From the IMG/VR virus record IMGVR_UViG_3300029925_000031: a stretch of 44,142 bases of DNA; one strand, 5' to 3'. The stretch is from a virus (lineage: Duplodnaviria; Caudoviricetes). Positions 7,760 to 16,982 of the stretch are shown piece after piece. A program made the translations under genes and the position numbers. The notes beneath the pieces were generated by a model, which did not search any database, had not been told where the DNA came from, and was given only the letters and a program-made list of their open reading frames with translations. Position 1 is the stretch's first letter; each line of letters starts with the position of its first letter.

Positions 7760-9010
7760 ATGAAAACAAAGATAACATATTCTTCTCAAAAAATCAATCC
7801 TTTTAGTGGTATTTTTTTCGCCATCAAGTCAATAAAGAAAAAAAAGATTGCCAAATTAATCCTCAGACACTTAGGCAAGAGAGTGAAACAAACCAAGTAT
7901 TCTTATTCAGATATTATACTGAACTGGATATTTTGCAACCTATGTGGCGCACAACGCATAGAAGACTCAGTAAAAATGAAATACTACCTCGACAACATTC
8001 CTGAGATAAGGATGCCCTCTCCCGATATGATACTTAGAATATTCCGAAAACTATCCACTAAGACAGAAACATTTAACACCCAAAGGGCGACACACCAGTT
8101 TAACATCAACCTCACAATGAATAAGTTAATGTTATCTATATCTGATAAGTTAAACCTAATAAGAGGTGATACTTTAGACTATGATAACGTAATACTTGAG
8201 TGTGAGAAATACGATAGTAACCGGACATATAAAGATGGTGAAAAGTATAAAGTGAAAGGCTACCAACCGGGAGTTGGATTTATAGGAAAAGTTCCCGTAT
8301 ATATAGAAGGGCGAAACGGCAACAGCAGTGCAATGCACAAGATGGATGAAACAATCGGAAGGGCGTTTGAGATTTTAAAAGAAAAAAACATCAGGATAAA
8401 AAGATTCAGAAGCGATGCAGCAGCTTATCAAGAAAAGATAATAGTAATGATGGAGAAAAAAGGAATAGAATATTTTATAAGATGCAGAAACTCTAAGGCT
8501 CTTATAAGCGAAGCTGAGATACCATGTTTAAAATGGGACGAGATATTTATACGAGAACAAAAACTTGAATCTACTTCTTTAGAATACTATCCTTTCAACA
8601 GAAAAGAAAACCCTTGCAGGGTTGTTGTGGTGAGGTCTTTAAATGAAGGAGGATACAACTACAGGGGTATAGCCACAAACAACCGGAGCTTAACCGACCA
8701 GCAGGTGATTAACTTCTACAACCAAAGGGGGGCTATAGAGAGAAACTTCGATATGCTTGGTAATGATTTTAACTGGAAACGATTACCGTTTAGCTTTTTA
8801 AACGAGAATACGGTGTTTATGATTATCGAAGCCATAGGGTCTATTATCTATCAATACCTGATAAGAAATTTCAGTAATAAGATAGACTTCGTAGGGCGTA
8901 GATTCCGATTAAAAAGATTTATTTTTCAGTTTATTATGGTATCCGGTGAGTGGGTAAACCACAACATAAAACTATTTACGAACAGGGATTATACTCCGCT
9001 TTTGGAATAA
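7760..9010 (+). CDS. IS1380-family DDE transposase
   Basis: INPFSGIFF start, PSPD.ILR, catalytic D (TLDYD), D (RFRSDAA), E (YNQRGAIERNF), GYQP, EGRNGN, NDFNW.RLP. Confidence 0.9.
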   Translation: MKTKITYSSQKINPFSGIFFAIKSIKKKKIAKLILRHLGKRVKQTKYSYSDIILNWIFCNLCGAQRIEDSVKMKYYLDNIPEIRMPSPDMILRIFRKLSTKTETFNTQRATHQFNINLTMNKLMLSISDKLNLIRGDTLDYDNVILECEKYDSNRTYKDGEKYKVKGYQPGVGFIGKVPVYIEGRNGNSSAMHKMDETIGRAFEILKEKNIRIKRFRSDAAAYQEKIIVMMEKKGIEYFIRCRNSKALISEAEIPCLKWDEIFIREQKLESTSLEYYPFNRKENPCRVVVVRSLNEGGYNYRGIATNNRSLTDQQVINFYNQRGAIERNFDMLGNDFNWKRLPFSFLNENTVFMIIEAIGSIIYQYLIRNFSNKIDFVGRRFRLKRFIFQFIMVSGEWVNHNIKLFTNRDYTPLLE

Positions 9011-9011
9011 A

Positions 9012-9551
9012 TTAATCTTGATAGCTTGTTAATGTTCCGTTTTCAAAATACAAATATAAATCATTATAAACCCATTGTTCATGTATCCCCCAAGAACCTA
9101 CTGATTTATTAATGTCTTTTGGATAACCCAAGCTGTTTGATGCCATTGCTGATGTCATTCCTAACCAATATTCATGTTTTAATATTTTATTTCCATCAAT
9201 TTTACCGAAGGTTTCAACTATACTAATATTCCATTGTTGCCTTTCCATTCTCTTTTGTTCATCTTCTTCGCTTTTAACACGTTCTAACTCCCTTTCATAA
9301 AAAGACAAAAACTCATCAGTAAATTTAAAGCAAGCATCAACTATATATCCTTTTCGCCCTTCATATTCTGCTGAGAAAAATACATCTTCGAGTTTAAATA
9401 AAATTACACTTTGACCTTTATATATCGTCTTTATAACAGGCGATGCAAAGTCTATAGATTCCTTAAAAACACAATCTCTGGATAACACTCCTTTTACTTG
9501 TGCTTGTGCGAGAGATGATATACATAATAATATGATAAGTAATTTTTTCAT
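9012..9551 (-). CDS. Secreted protein: signal peptide, SH3b-like domain, coiled coil, BamE/SmpA-like C-terminal domain
   Basis: Likely start MKKLLIILLCISSLAQA at 9551; GMT..A..SLG.P..IN...EQWVY..LYLYFENG motif. Confidence 0.7.
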   Translation of the reverse strand: MKKLLIILLCISSLAQAQVKGVLSRDCVFKESIDFASPVIKTIYKGQSVILFKLEDVFFSAEYEGRKGYIVDACFKFTDEFLSFYERELERVKSEEDEQKRMERQQWNISIVETFGKIDGNKILKHEYWLGMTSAMASNSLGYPKDINKSVGSWGIHEQWVYNDLYLYFENGTLTSYQD

Positions 9552-9560
9552 GGCTTTTAG

Positions 9561-9782
9561 ATTATGCACTAAAAGCTCCAGTAGTGCGTTATATAAATAA
9601 AGCGTGGAGCTGAATCCACCTGAATAAGGTATCGCCAAACACCCGCAACCAAACAGAAACAGTCCACGCAGAACTTTCCGTTATCGGTTGCTATAATAAA
9701 CATTGGCGATTTTAATTCAGAACAGATTAACGCTTTTACTTACCTCGGTAAGTTTGATTCAAAGAACGATAAAACAAATATA
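9561..9782 (-). promoter_or_regulatory. Promoter plus structured leader with a 44-aa uORF (9569-9703)
   Basis: TATATTTG (9775-9782); nested stems CTGAAT/ATTCAG, ATCGCCAA/TTGGCGAT, GCAACC/GGTTGC; alternative pairing GCGTGGA/TCCACGC. Confidence 0.55.
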
Positions 9783-9943
9783 ATGCTTTTATTGTTCTTT
9801 ATTAAATGAAACGAAAAAAAATAATCCAAAAAGTTCTACAAATAGAGCGATTAATAGCCGGAGGGAAAATAAATATCTTCGATACGCCAATAATAATAAG
9901 GAAAATGATTAAAAGGGAATTGAAATAATAAGACTTGCGTATT

Positions 9944-10204
9944 TTAGAAACCAATAAAACTCAGTATAAATGTGATCTGCTCCTGAGTGAGTAATCCTTT
10001 AATAAGGGCGTAACCAATTCCTAAACCCAAAACGAGGCGATACCATTCCCATCCTTGTAAGTTGATTTTACCTTTCGGGCTTTTTGGGGTGTCCTTTTTA
10101 AATACAGTTACAATCGTACCTACTACGGGAACTGTCTGTAAGCTCTCCCTTACAAGCCCGCCTAATAGTTTTGCAAACTTGGTGTCTTTAAATGGTTTTT
10201 TCAT
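9944..10204 (-). CDS. Putative holin / lysis membrane protein
   Basis: Hydrophobic segments, directly downstream of the endolysin. Confidence 0.6.
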   Translation of the reverse strand: MKKPFKDTKFAKLLGGLVRESLQTVPVVGTIVTVFKKDTPKSPKGKINLQGWEWYRLVLGLGIGYALIKGLLTQEQITFILSFIGF

Positions 10205-10218
10205 AATAATTAATTTAA

Positions 10219-10572
10219 TTAGTATTTCCAGATTACATTTTCTGCTTTTGTAGGATCATTGTCTATATGGATAAATGTCCCTGCTATTCCTATGCGGTTA
10301 AATCCTGCATTCATACAAGCCCTTGTTATTAGGTATCTCTGTCGTCCGTCCTTTACTCTTATATCTGCTGCATATCCTGATGTGTGAGCAGAAGAGTCTA
10401 CACCTCCTACCTTTTTGTTGTGCTCCTTAGTCCTGTATCCCGAAGTGATAACAAATGAAATACCAGCGATCCCACGTGCCTTATCGAGCATTTCTAATGT
10501 GCTTTGTTGCATCTTCTTACCGCTACCTTTTTCATCGGGACTGTCAAACTCTGATATTTTAAAAAAATTCAT
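10219..10572 (-). CDS. Endolysin, peptidase M15A family
   Basis: ITSGYR...HN..VGG..SSAH..G.AAD...FIHID Zn motifs. Confidence 0.9.
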   Translation of the reverse strand: MNFFKISEFDSPDEKGSGKKMQQSTLEMLDKARGIAGISFVITSGYRTKEHNKKVGGVDSSAHTSGYAADIRVKDGRQRYLITRACMNAGFNRIGIAGTFIHIDNDPTKAENVIWKY

Positions 10573-10814
10573 GCGAATATATTTAATAATGTAACAAAAA
10601 GCCCTATAAGGGTGATTAAAACAGTACCTATGACCATAATTTTTGACACCTTATCCCTTAGTAAATAGAATTTTTCTTTTAAACCGGTGTGGTCTTTTAC
10701 AAGTCCGTTATTACCAAATTCATCCCCCGCCAACACTACCTTAATAGAATGCACATCCTTTCGCATTTTCCCCTGACATTCAATTAATCTGTCTATTTTT
10801 TCTTCCATGCCCAT
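10569..10814 (-). CDS. XhlA/holin-like protein with one C-terminal TM helix
   Basis: Coiled coil plus TM helix; ATG at 10814 or 10808, just after the -7 box at 10818-10825. Confidence 0.6.
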   Translation of the reverse strand: MGMEEKIDRLIECQGKMRKDVHSIKVVLAGDEFGNNGLVKDHTGLKEKFYLLRDKVSKIMVIGTVLITLIGLFVTLLNIFA

Positions 10815-10825
10815 TTGCAAAGATA

Positions 10826-11062
10826 TTAAATTTCGTCTTTAAACCAATCATCTGTTAATTCAAAAACAGAGTCTCTTTCTGACTGTGTTAGTGCTGGTAA
10901 AATTCTGTCCTCTACAGTAAAGACTATGTCTCCTGTTGTTGGATGAATAACAGGATTACACCATCTTTCAGCTTTAAACCCAGACACTTTATTTTCCAAG
11001 TAGTCAAATACTTTTAAATTTAAAGCGTTGAACTTAGACTGGGTACATTTTATTCCTTTCAT
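10826..11062 (-). CDS. Hypothetical protein following the lectin-like virion gene
   Basis: ORF, ATGA overlap. Confidence 0.55.
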   Translation of the reverse strand: MKGIKCTQSKFNALNLKVFDYLENKVSGFKAERWCNPVIHPTTGDIVFTVEDRILPALTQSERDSVFELTDDWFKDEI

Positions 11063-11757
11063 GGAGTTGCGTATCTTGTTTTTAAATAGTTTCGTATTTT
11101 GACCCTGTCTGAGGATGAAACATTCGCATTATATATAATGATTTCCGCCTCTTTTCCTGTTAAAAAAAATCCCGGTGTTATGTTTGCTCCAATCCTTAAA
11201 GAAGCCAACCCCTCAGCTCCTGAATCGCCAGTCGCATCAGAACTCCCATCAATTATAATCTCAGATGATACACCATTAAATGTTGATTCGTAAATATGAA
11301 CACTTGTATCGCTTGCACTCCCTGATAAACTCGCACCTGCAAAAAGTGTAGTTGCACCTCCAGTTTGAAATACAACTTCTCTGTTTCCCGCAGCAACAGC
11401 ATCTAAAAATGCCTCGTTTCCAGCCCCGCCAAAATTCCCAACAACAAACATCGTATTTGGTTGGGTTATCACCGAAGAAAAAACCCCGCTATCCAAATGA
11501 TCATTCCCATCGAAATCAATTACTGATTGATTGTTATAATTAGAATCTGCGACTATAAGTAGTGGCTGGTTAGCTGCTGTGCCCTGAGAGACATTACTCA
11601 CTCCTCTGAAAGTACCGTTTTCAAAATCCCATTGAGACACCCTGCCACCTCCGTCAAAAGTCACACCTTTGTCCGCCCTTAACCACACAGCAAGATTACT
11701 AACATTGGTAGGGAGGAAATCTGTAAACTTTCTCCCATGTACTCCTATCCCTATCAT
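11059..11757 (-). CDS. LamG/concanavalin-like virion protein
   Basis: LAVWLRADKGV...VSQW.D...QP...AEIIIYN..S..R..I..YL..Y pattern. Confidence 0.7.
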   Translation of the reverse strand: MIGIGVHGRKFTDFLPTNVSNLAVWLRADKGVTFDGGGRVSQWDFENGTFRGVSNVSQGTAANQPLLIVADSNYNNQSVIDFDGNDHLDSGVFSSVITQPNTMFVVGNFGGAGNEAFLDAVAAGNREVVFQTGGATTLFAGASLSGSASDTSVHIYESTFNGVSSEIIIDGSSDATGDSGAEGLASLRIGANITPGFFLTGKEAEIIIYNANVSSSDRVKIRNYLKTRYATP

Positions 11758-12071
11758 GTGAAATAAACCCTTACACTACCCGCACTTAACCGGATAGCAG
11801 TTATCCTCTGACGATCATACTGTAAAGAAATGTATTCTCCTTTTTGATGAGAAGTACCAAAATTAGGAGCGTTACCGCTTCCTGCTATCTGGGCGGATAC
11901 TCCATACTCTAAAGTATTCACATCCTTTGTCTGCATATTGACGGTGGTAAATCCAGTACCATCTTCAAGTATCTCCACCTGACCCACTGGGGTTGTGGAA
12001 AAGTCGTGTAAAGCGAGGTCGTTGATTCTGTCCGAACCCTGACCGCCTTCTATTATCATTGAATTGCTCAT
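11754..12071 (-). CDS. Small beta-rich structural protein
   Basis: C-terminal ITAIRLSAGSVRVY; structural-module context. Confidence 0.5.
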   Translation of the reverse strand: MSNSMIIEGGQGSDRINDLALHDFSTTPVGQVEILEDGTGFTTVNMQTKDVNTLEYGVSAQIAGSGNAPNFGTSHQKGEYISLQYDRQRITAIRLSAGSVRVYFT

Positions 12072-12646
12072 AGTTCATAATAATTAGCGGATACATATAC
12101 AGAATTACCTGCCGAACTGGATGTAATTCTAAATATGTATTCTGTGTTTGTGGCTAAAATAAATTCATTTACGTCTCTGGTTTCTCCTGATTCTTTTTGA
12201 CCAGTACCTAAAGTCTGAAAGTGAAAAATCGTTCCATCGTTTGTGGTGATGACTGTTTTTGATGCGCCCCCTGCTACCGGTGGAACAGCGTTGTTTAGAA
12301 CAGTAGTTGTCTGACTACTTGTTCTGTTTCTGTTAAAAATCCCTAAATCTGATCCTGTTCCTGCTGTTACCGTAGGAGCTTCCAAGACTTCTAATACTGC
12401 TGCTGATGATGAATAAGCTAACACAACCACGTGAATCGTTTTTGTTGTATCAGGAGTCTTGAAATAAATACTAATACTCGCCCCATTACCCAAAGCAGCG
12501 TCCCTTACATGAGTCATATACGCTATGCCCTCATGGATTTTTTTATACCCAAAAGCTATAGTTGAGGGAGTGTGTATACCCGCATCGTCTTGCGTGGATA
12601 TAATCTTTGAGTTTTTGTTGCCGTCTTTTATGTTTATGTTATTCAT
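12068..12646 (-). CDS. Putative virion (spike/decoration) protein
   Basis: G/T/S-rich beta protein in the structural operon. Confidence 0.5.
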   Translation of the reverse strand: MNNINIKDGNKNSKIISTQDDAGIHTPSTIAFGYKKIHEGIAYMTHVRDAALGNGASISIYFKTPDTTKTIHVVVLAYSSSAAVLEVLEAPTVTAGTGSDLGIFNRNRTSSQTTTVLNNAVPPVAGGASKTVITTNDGTIFHFQTLGTGQKESGETRDVNEFILATNTEYIFRITSSSAGNSVYVSANYYEL

Positions 12647-13026
12647 TAGAGTATTATGTATTGTGAGTTACAAGATTGTGAGAAATCCAGCTCATTATCA
12701 CAAAGAGAGGGATCGCCTAAAACCACACAATCAAAACTCGTTGAACCTATTGTAAAACTTACCTTATTATCCCTGACTGAACTGGGATAAATTTCTATCT
12801 CTATTGCACCGAAAAACTCTGTCCATGTCTGGGTGATAGTAAAATCCCCATCGGAGTCGGTTGTTATGGTAAGTTGTGTAATGATGTCATACTTGTCTAT
12901 TAAGTTTAGAAAAAATGTCGTTAATGCATTTAAGCCCAACGATAAAGTAATAACATCATTACACCTACCATAAATCGCTTCATAACAACTATCGCAATTA
13001 GGCGTTATGTCGTTACAAAAGCCCAT
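12646..13026 (-). CDS. Cys-rich acidic structural protein
   Basis: Follows the tail tube gene; six Cys. Confidence 0.45.
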   Translation of the reverse strand: MGFCNDITPNCDSCYEAIYGRCNDVITLSLGLNALTTFFLNLIDKYDIITQLTITTDSDGDFTITQTWTEFFGAIEIEIYPSSVRDNKVSFTIGSTSFDCVVLGDPSLCDNELDFSQSCNSQYIIL

Positions 13027-13565
13027 TAGTTAATACCTATACACCTGTCAAACACACCAGTTGGTTGGTCTGATGGACATGGTATATCTTCTTGTGTGAA
13101 TTTCACTATAGCATTCCAGATCACCGCTTGTTTTTTGTCATCAACAATGGGTGCTTTGGGTATTATAGTGGCAATAGAATCTGATAAATGTACTTGTGTT
13201 TCTGTCCTATAGCCAAATTTCCACTCCTTGCTTCTTTTGATGTCATTCCAAAAGTTACAATTAGCTTTATAGTTTGGCTCAAAGATAGTCGAAGTAAATT
13301 CGTATCCATCTAACGTCTCTAAGGTATCACCAAAACCCGGCTGTAGATTTTCAGCCATTTCGATTGATCCCCTTGCAAATGGAAACACAAATATATCTTT
13401 TGCGTTAAGTCCTGTTGTCCATTCAGCGGTAGATGTTATGTCAGTAAAAGTAAAGGTATCTCTGACAAAGAAAAAACTACGAATATCACCTAACTCTTTA
13501 GTAGGACAATCAGTACAAATTGGGTCTGCTTGGGATGTTGTACATCCCGGATAATAAACTGACAT
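13026..13565 (-). CDS. Putative major tail tube protein
   Basis: Size, acidic beta-rich composition, position after connector genes. Confidence 0.6.
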   Translation of the reverse strand: MSVYYPGCTTSQADPICTDCPTKELGDIRSFFFVRDTFTFTDITSTAEWTTGLNAKDIFVFPFARGSIEMAENLQPGFGDTLETLDGYEFTSTIFEPNYKANCNFWNDIKRSKEWKFGYRTETQVHLSDSIATIIPKAPIVDDKKQAVIWNAIVKFTQEDIPCPSDQPTGVFDRCIGIN

Positions 13566-13584
13566 AATTTTTTATTTTAAGTTA

Positions 13585-14166
13585 CTATTCACAAATCTCA
13601 ATACAGGATGTCCATGTCTTTGTGACTATTTGGTAATTAAAACTAAGTAAAATATCACTCGGCTTTACCATAACTTCGGTGTTAAACTCCGAAGTCCAGA
13701 CTTCCTCCTTGTTGAGGTTGAACTCTCCTTGTATTATATTTATGCCTACTAATGAATTAGATATAAGAAATGTCTGCCCCAGTTCATTGGGCATCCCCAA
13801 ACTAATTCCTGTTATAATCTCTTCTTTATTTAGTTTTAACCTGTTCCTGTCACCCATTACTACGAGTAGCATATTTGCTGTCTCTTCCCTTACGTCCCTA
13901 TCTCCAAAATCCTGTTCTACCTCTGGTACAGTGCTACTTAAGTGCCTATGGTATATCTCAAACGGGTAACTATCATCTATCATTAATATAGTGGTATCTC
14001 CTGTGTTGTCCACTACTGCTGGAACTGTCTGTCTTTTCTCATCGTCTAACTTCGTGATAAGTTCCGCTATCCCCGATACTCTGCCCTTTTGAAACCTCTT
14101 ACTGTCAAACTGCCCTGCCGTTAATCGGGTGTTAATCTCAGTAACTATCTGGTGTAACTTTGCCAT
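13585..14166 (-). CDS. Putative tail terminator/completion protein
   Basis: Synteny and size. Confidence 0.45.
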   Translation of the reverse strand: MAKLHQIVTEINTRLTAGQFDSKRFQKGRVSGIAELITKLDDEKRQTVPAVVDNTGDTTILMIDDSYPFEIYHRHLSSTVPEVEQDFGDRDVREETANMLLVVMGDRNRLKLNKEEIITGISLGMPNELGQTFLISNSLVGINIIQGEFNLNKEEVWTSEFNTEVMVKPSDILLSFNYQIVTKTWTSCIEICE

Positions 14167-14276
14167 ATTTTATCTTTTCATTTCCCATCGTCCCTACCGT
14201 AAATCCATAAAACATATTTAAAAGTTCAGGATGTGTCTCAGATAAATCCTTTAGTATATAAAACCAATGTGTTAAC

Positions 14277-14714
14277 CTAATCTCCAAGTTTCTTATCTAT
14301 TTCCTTGCTTATAATTCTCTTAATGGCTTTTTTGTCACTCGCACTAATACCCCACAGATCACCGTATTGTATAGTTAAAGTCTTAAACAACCCACCTCCA
14401 TAACTTGAAATAAACCCCGCCCCCCATCCATCTGATATTTGTTCTGCTTGGAACTCCTTACTTAACTTACCGGTAAAACTCAAATCCACCCTACTAACTT
14501 GTCTGCCTTCTTTTCTTCTTATTCTTCGGGTGGATTCTGCGTAAGTTCCTATGTTCCTATCCGCCAGATTCTTGCCTTGATTGTGTATTCTCTCTACATT
14601 AGAAGTAGCCAAACTCGCCGCTATCTCCCTGACTACAGGATCGGTTTGTTTTAACCCCTTTAGATTAGCACTTAATTTCCCTATCACACTTTCTATATTT
14701 GATGAATAGCTCAT
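14277..14714 (-). CDS. Neck / virion morphogenesis protein
   Basis: Basic; YAEST..IRRKEGRQ..RVDLSFTG.L pattern. Confidence 0.6.
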   Translation of the reverse strand: MSYSSNIESVIGKLSANLKGLKQTDPVVREIAASLATSNVERIHNQGKNLADRNIGTYAESTRRIRRKEGRQVSRVDLSFTGKLSKEFQAEQISDGWGAGFISSYGGGLFKTLTIQYGDLWGISASDKKAIKRIISKEIDKKLGD

Positions 14715-15784
14715 ATTATTGGCTCCTCATATCTTACATGGTCATAACACTCTAAACAATAATCATTAAGGTTAAGATTAACCCCAGCCACAGCTAAAAA
14801 CAACTCACCTTCATGTTCTATCTCGTCTATCTTGCCACCCCTGTACTTGACCTCATACATATTTCTTAACTCTTTGGCCTTGTTGCGGTCAAAAGCAGTA
14901 AACTCATTCAATCTTGAGGTGTAAAGTCGCTCATTCATTAACTCTATCCCTAATAAGTACCATAAGGAAGTAGTGAAAGGCTCTTTGTTGTTACACACGA
15001 AAGAGTCAAACGAACAAGTAACTGACCATATACCGCTAAGACCGAAAAGATCATCACCGAAAGTAATGTCACTCTCTGTTATGGTGGTGGCTATAGTCGC
15101 TGAACCAGCCCTTAACTCTGCGTTCTTGTTAGTTCCACATGAGAAGCACGCTACCGTACAGCCGTCCTGAGACCTGTTAATGGCGTTTCTAAGGTCAACC
15201 ACATCAAAGTTCACCCCCGCTAAATTAGTAGCGTCATAGGCTACAAAAATCCTTCTCTCTGAAAAAGTCTGGTAAATATCAATAGTCGTAAACCCTGTCG
15301 AGGCAGGAGCAGCCACCGCCTGATTAAAAAGCTCTGTTCCTGTTACTATGTCAAAAATCCTTATAGTAGTGGAGTTTAACGAAGTAAAAAATAAGGAGAG
15401 TGTCTGTATGTGTATTGTCTCTAAGTTAGAGTAAGCGAAGTTGTTGTCTGTTCGGTCTAACTCCAAAGTAAATCCCCTGAATTGGGCTGCTGCTGCTGTG
15501 GTGGTGGTCGAATCTACCTCCCTTTCAAGATCAATACTCTGGGTGATGTTCTTTAGTTTGTACTTTTTCTTAAACTCAGCGTTTATGTCGGTTTTTAGCC
15601 TCCTGACGGCTCTTTCTTCTATATCGTCATATACCCCGTTAAAATCCACTTGTTGTTCGTCTGCGATCTTATCAATCATCTCCAGCTCTATACCGGGAAG
15701 CTGGTTAATAAATATACCACTATTAGGGGTTGTCGTGGTGCAACCCTGTACCAAAATGTGCGACTTTAAACAATTAAGCGACAT
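14711..15784 (-). CDS. Putative head-tail adaptor
   Basis: First gene after the capsid gene. Confidence 0.5.
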   Translation of the reverse strand: MSLNCLKSHILVQGCTTTTPNSGIFINQLPGIELEMIDKIADEQQVDFNGVYDDIEERAVRRLKTDINAEFKKKYKLKNITQSIDLEREVDSTTTTAAAAQFRGFTLELDRTDNNFAYSNLETIHIQTLSLFFTSLNSTTIRIFDIVTGTELFNQAVAAPASTGFTTIDIYQTFSERRIFVAYDATNLAGVNFDVVDLRNAINRSQDGCTVACFSCGTNKNAELRAGSATIATTITESDITFGDDLFGLSGIWSVTCSFDSFVCNNKEPFTTSLWYLLGIELMNERLYTSRLNEFTAFDRNKAKELRNMYEVKYRGGKIDEIEHEGELFLAVAGVNLNLNDYCLECYDHVRYEEPII

Positions 15785-15800
15785 ATATCCAATTATTTAT

Positions 15801-15846
15801 AAAAAACCCTTGCCCTGCCATACTGACTGTAAGGAGAGCAAGGGTT
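15801..15846 (-). terminator. Intrinsic terminator after the capsid gene
   Basis: AACCCTTGCTCT/AGGGCAAGGGTT stem followed by a T run. Confidence 0.7.
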
Positions 15847-15863
15847 CATTATGTTAGGTAATA

Positions 15864-16970
15864 TTAGGTATTAGTAAAGGTGTACCTGTAAGTACCTCTG
15901 TTACCTGTCAATCTATCTGTCGCTCTATAGGCTTGATCTATCAAGAACAAACCAAGCTCCTTAGAGATTATAAGCGTCCATCCTTTATTTACTGTGGTGG
16001 AAGTACCATAATAAGCATCCGTTTCAGTAGTAGGACATGGACGATAAATTAATTGAGCGTCAAACTCAACCATCCTTACCCTGTCCGATACCTGCATAGG
16101 CAAGAAGAAAGTAAAGAAGAAGTCTGATCCTTTCTGTCCGCCTTTGAATCCTTTGTAGTTCATGTACTCTACGATCTGTGCAGCTTCCGGCTCTAATACA
16201 AGTGCTTGGTTAGCTCCCAGCGAAGTAGCTACATGAGGGTCTTGAAAGAATTCAAATCCATTAGCCAGTATAGGTGTGTTTATTCCTGACTGATCAGCGA
16301 CCTTTGCTCTTTGTTGGAGCATGTGGTTATGAATAAGCCCAGTACCTACCATTTTAGGCATCCCGGTGGATTCATTTAACTGGTAATCAGTTAGAACCTG
16401 AGTTAAACCTTGATTCAAAGGGTTGTTAGTGGTGTTTAAGACAAGGTTTATCCCTTGTGCCAAGTTATTACCACTCCTTTGGTTTATCCCAATACCTGCT
16501 GCTTGATTTACCCATAAATCCTGATTGATACCAGTGAGTAAAGCGTCAGCACTTTCTTTAATGGCGAGTAAAAAGTCGTTCATTAAAGAAGATGACGGAG
16601 TACCTACGTTAGCCGCTGCCGATGCTTCCACTGGATATTGGGCGATAGTCTCATCTTCGATATGAAGCCCTATCTGTCTGAAAATGCCCAACCCTACGGT
16701 GCGCTCAAAATAAGCGGGTACATTAGTCTGGTCACAACTACGTGTTGTGTCGGTGTGTGCAACATTAAAACGCTGCCTTGCTTTTATGATTACTTCTCGT
16801 CTATGCCCTTCGTTGCCGGGATCGTTTAACCTTACAACGTTTGCATTTTTATTAGACAAAAGCATATTAAGATACCCCTGCCAGTTAAGTTTAAATTGGG
16901 GGGTGTTTTCTGCTGTTATTTTTGCGATATGTTTTGTTAAGCTATCTGCAAAACCTAATCCTCGTGCCAT
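15864..16970 (-). CDS. Major capsid protein
   Basis: 368 aa, follows the scaffold and precedes a terminator; size and composition fit. Confidence 0.75.
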   Translation of the reverse strand: MARGLGFADSLTKHIAKITAENTPQFKLNWQGYLNMLLSNKNANVVRLNDPGNEGHRREVIIKARQRFNVAHTDTTRSCDQTNVPAYFERTVGLGIFRQIGLHIEDETIAQYPVEASAAANVGTPSSSLMNDFLLAIKESADALLTGINQDLWVNQAAGIGINQRSGNNLAQGINLVLNTTNNPLNQGLTQVLTDYQLNESTGMPKMVGTGLIHNHMLQQRAKVADQSGINTPILANGFEFFQDPHVATSLGANQALVLEPEAAQIVEYMNYKGFKGGQKGSDFFFTFFLPMQVSDRVRMVEFDAQLIYRPCPTTETDAYYGTSTTVNKGWTLIISKELGLFLIDQAYRATDRLTGNRGTYRYTFTNT

Positions 16971-16982
16971 GATTTTATAGTA

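Larger units (their letters stand above)
7646..9947 (+). mobile_element. IS1380-family element carrying a passenger gene
   Basis: Perfect 17-bp terminal inverted repeats CTAAAATACGCAAGTCT (7646-7662) and AGACTTGCGTATTTTAG (9931-9947) enclose the transposase and a second gene; no target duplication seen. Confidence 0.8.

Noticed and set aside
9552-9638. N-terminal extension (MAIPYSGG...) of the cargo ORF in the track
   Set aside because: It starts at a TTG inside the RNA leader; the signal peptide begins at ATG 9551
7641-9952. Target-site duplication around the IS
   Set aside because: The flanks TAATT and AAACC do not match at any plausible end position
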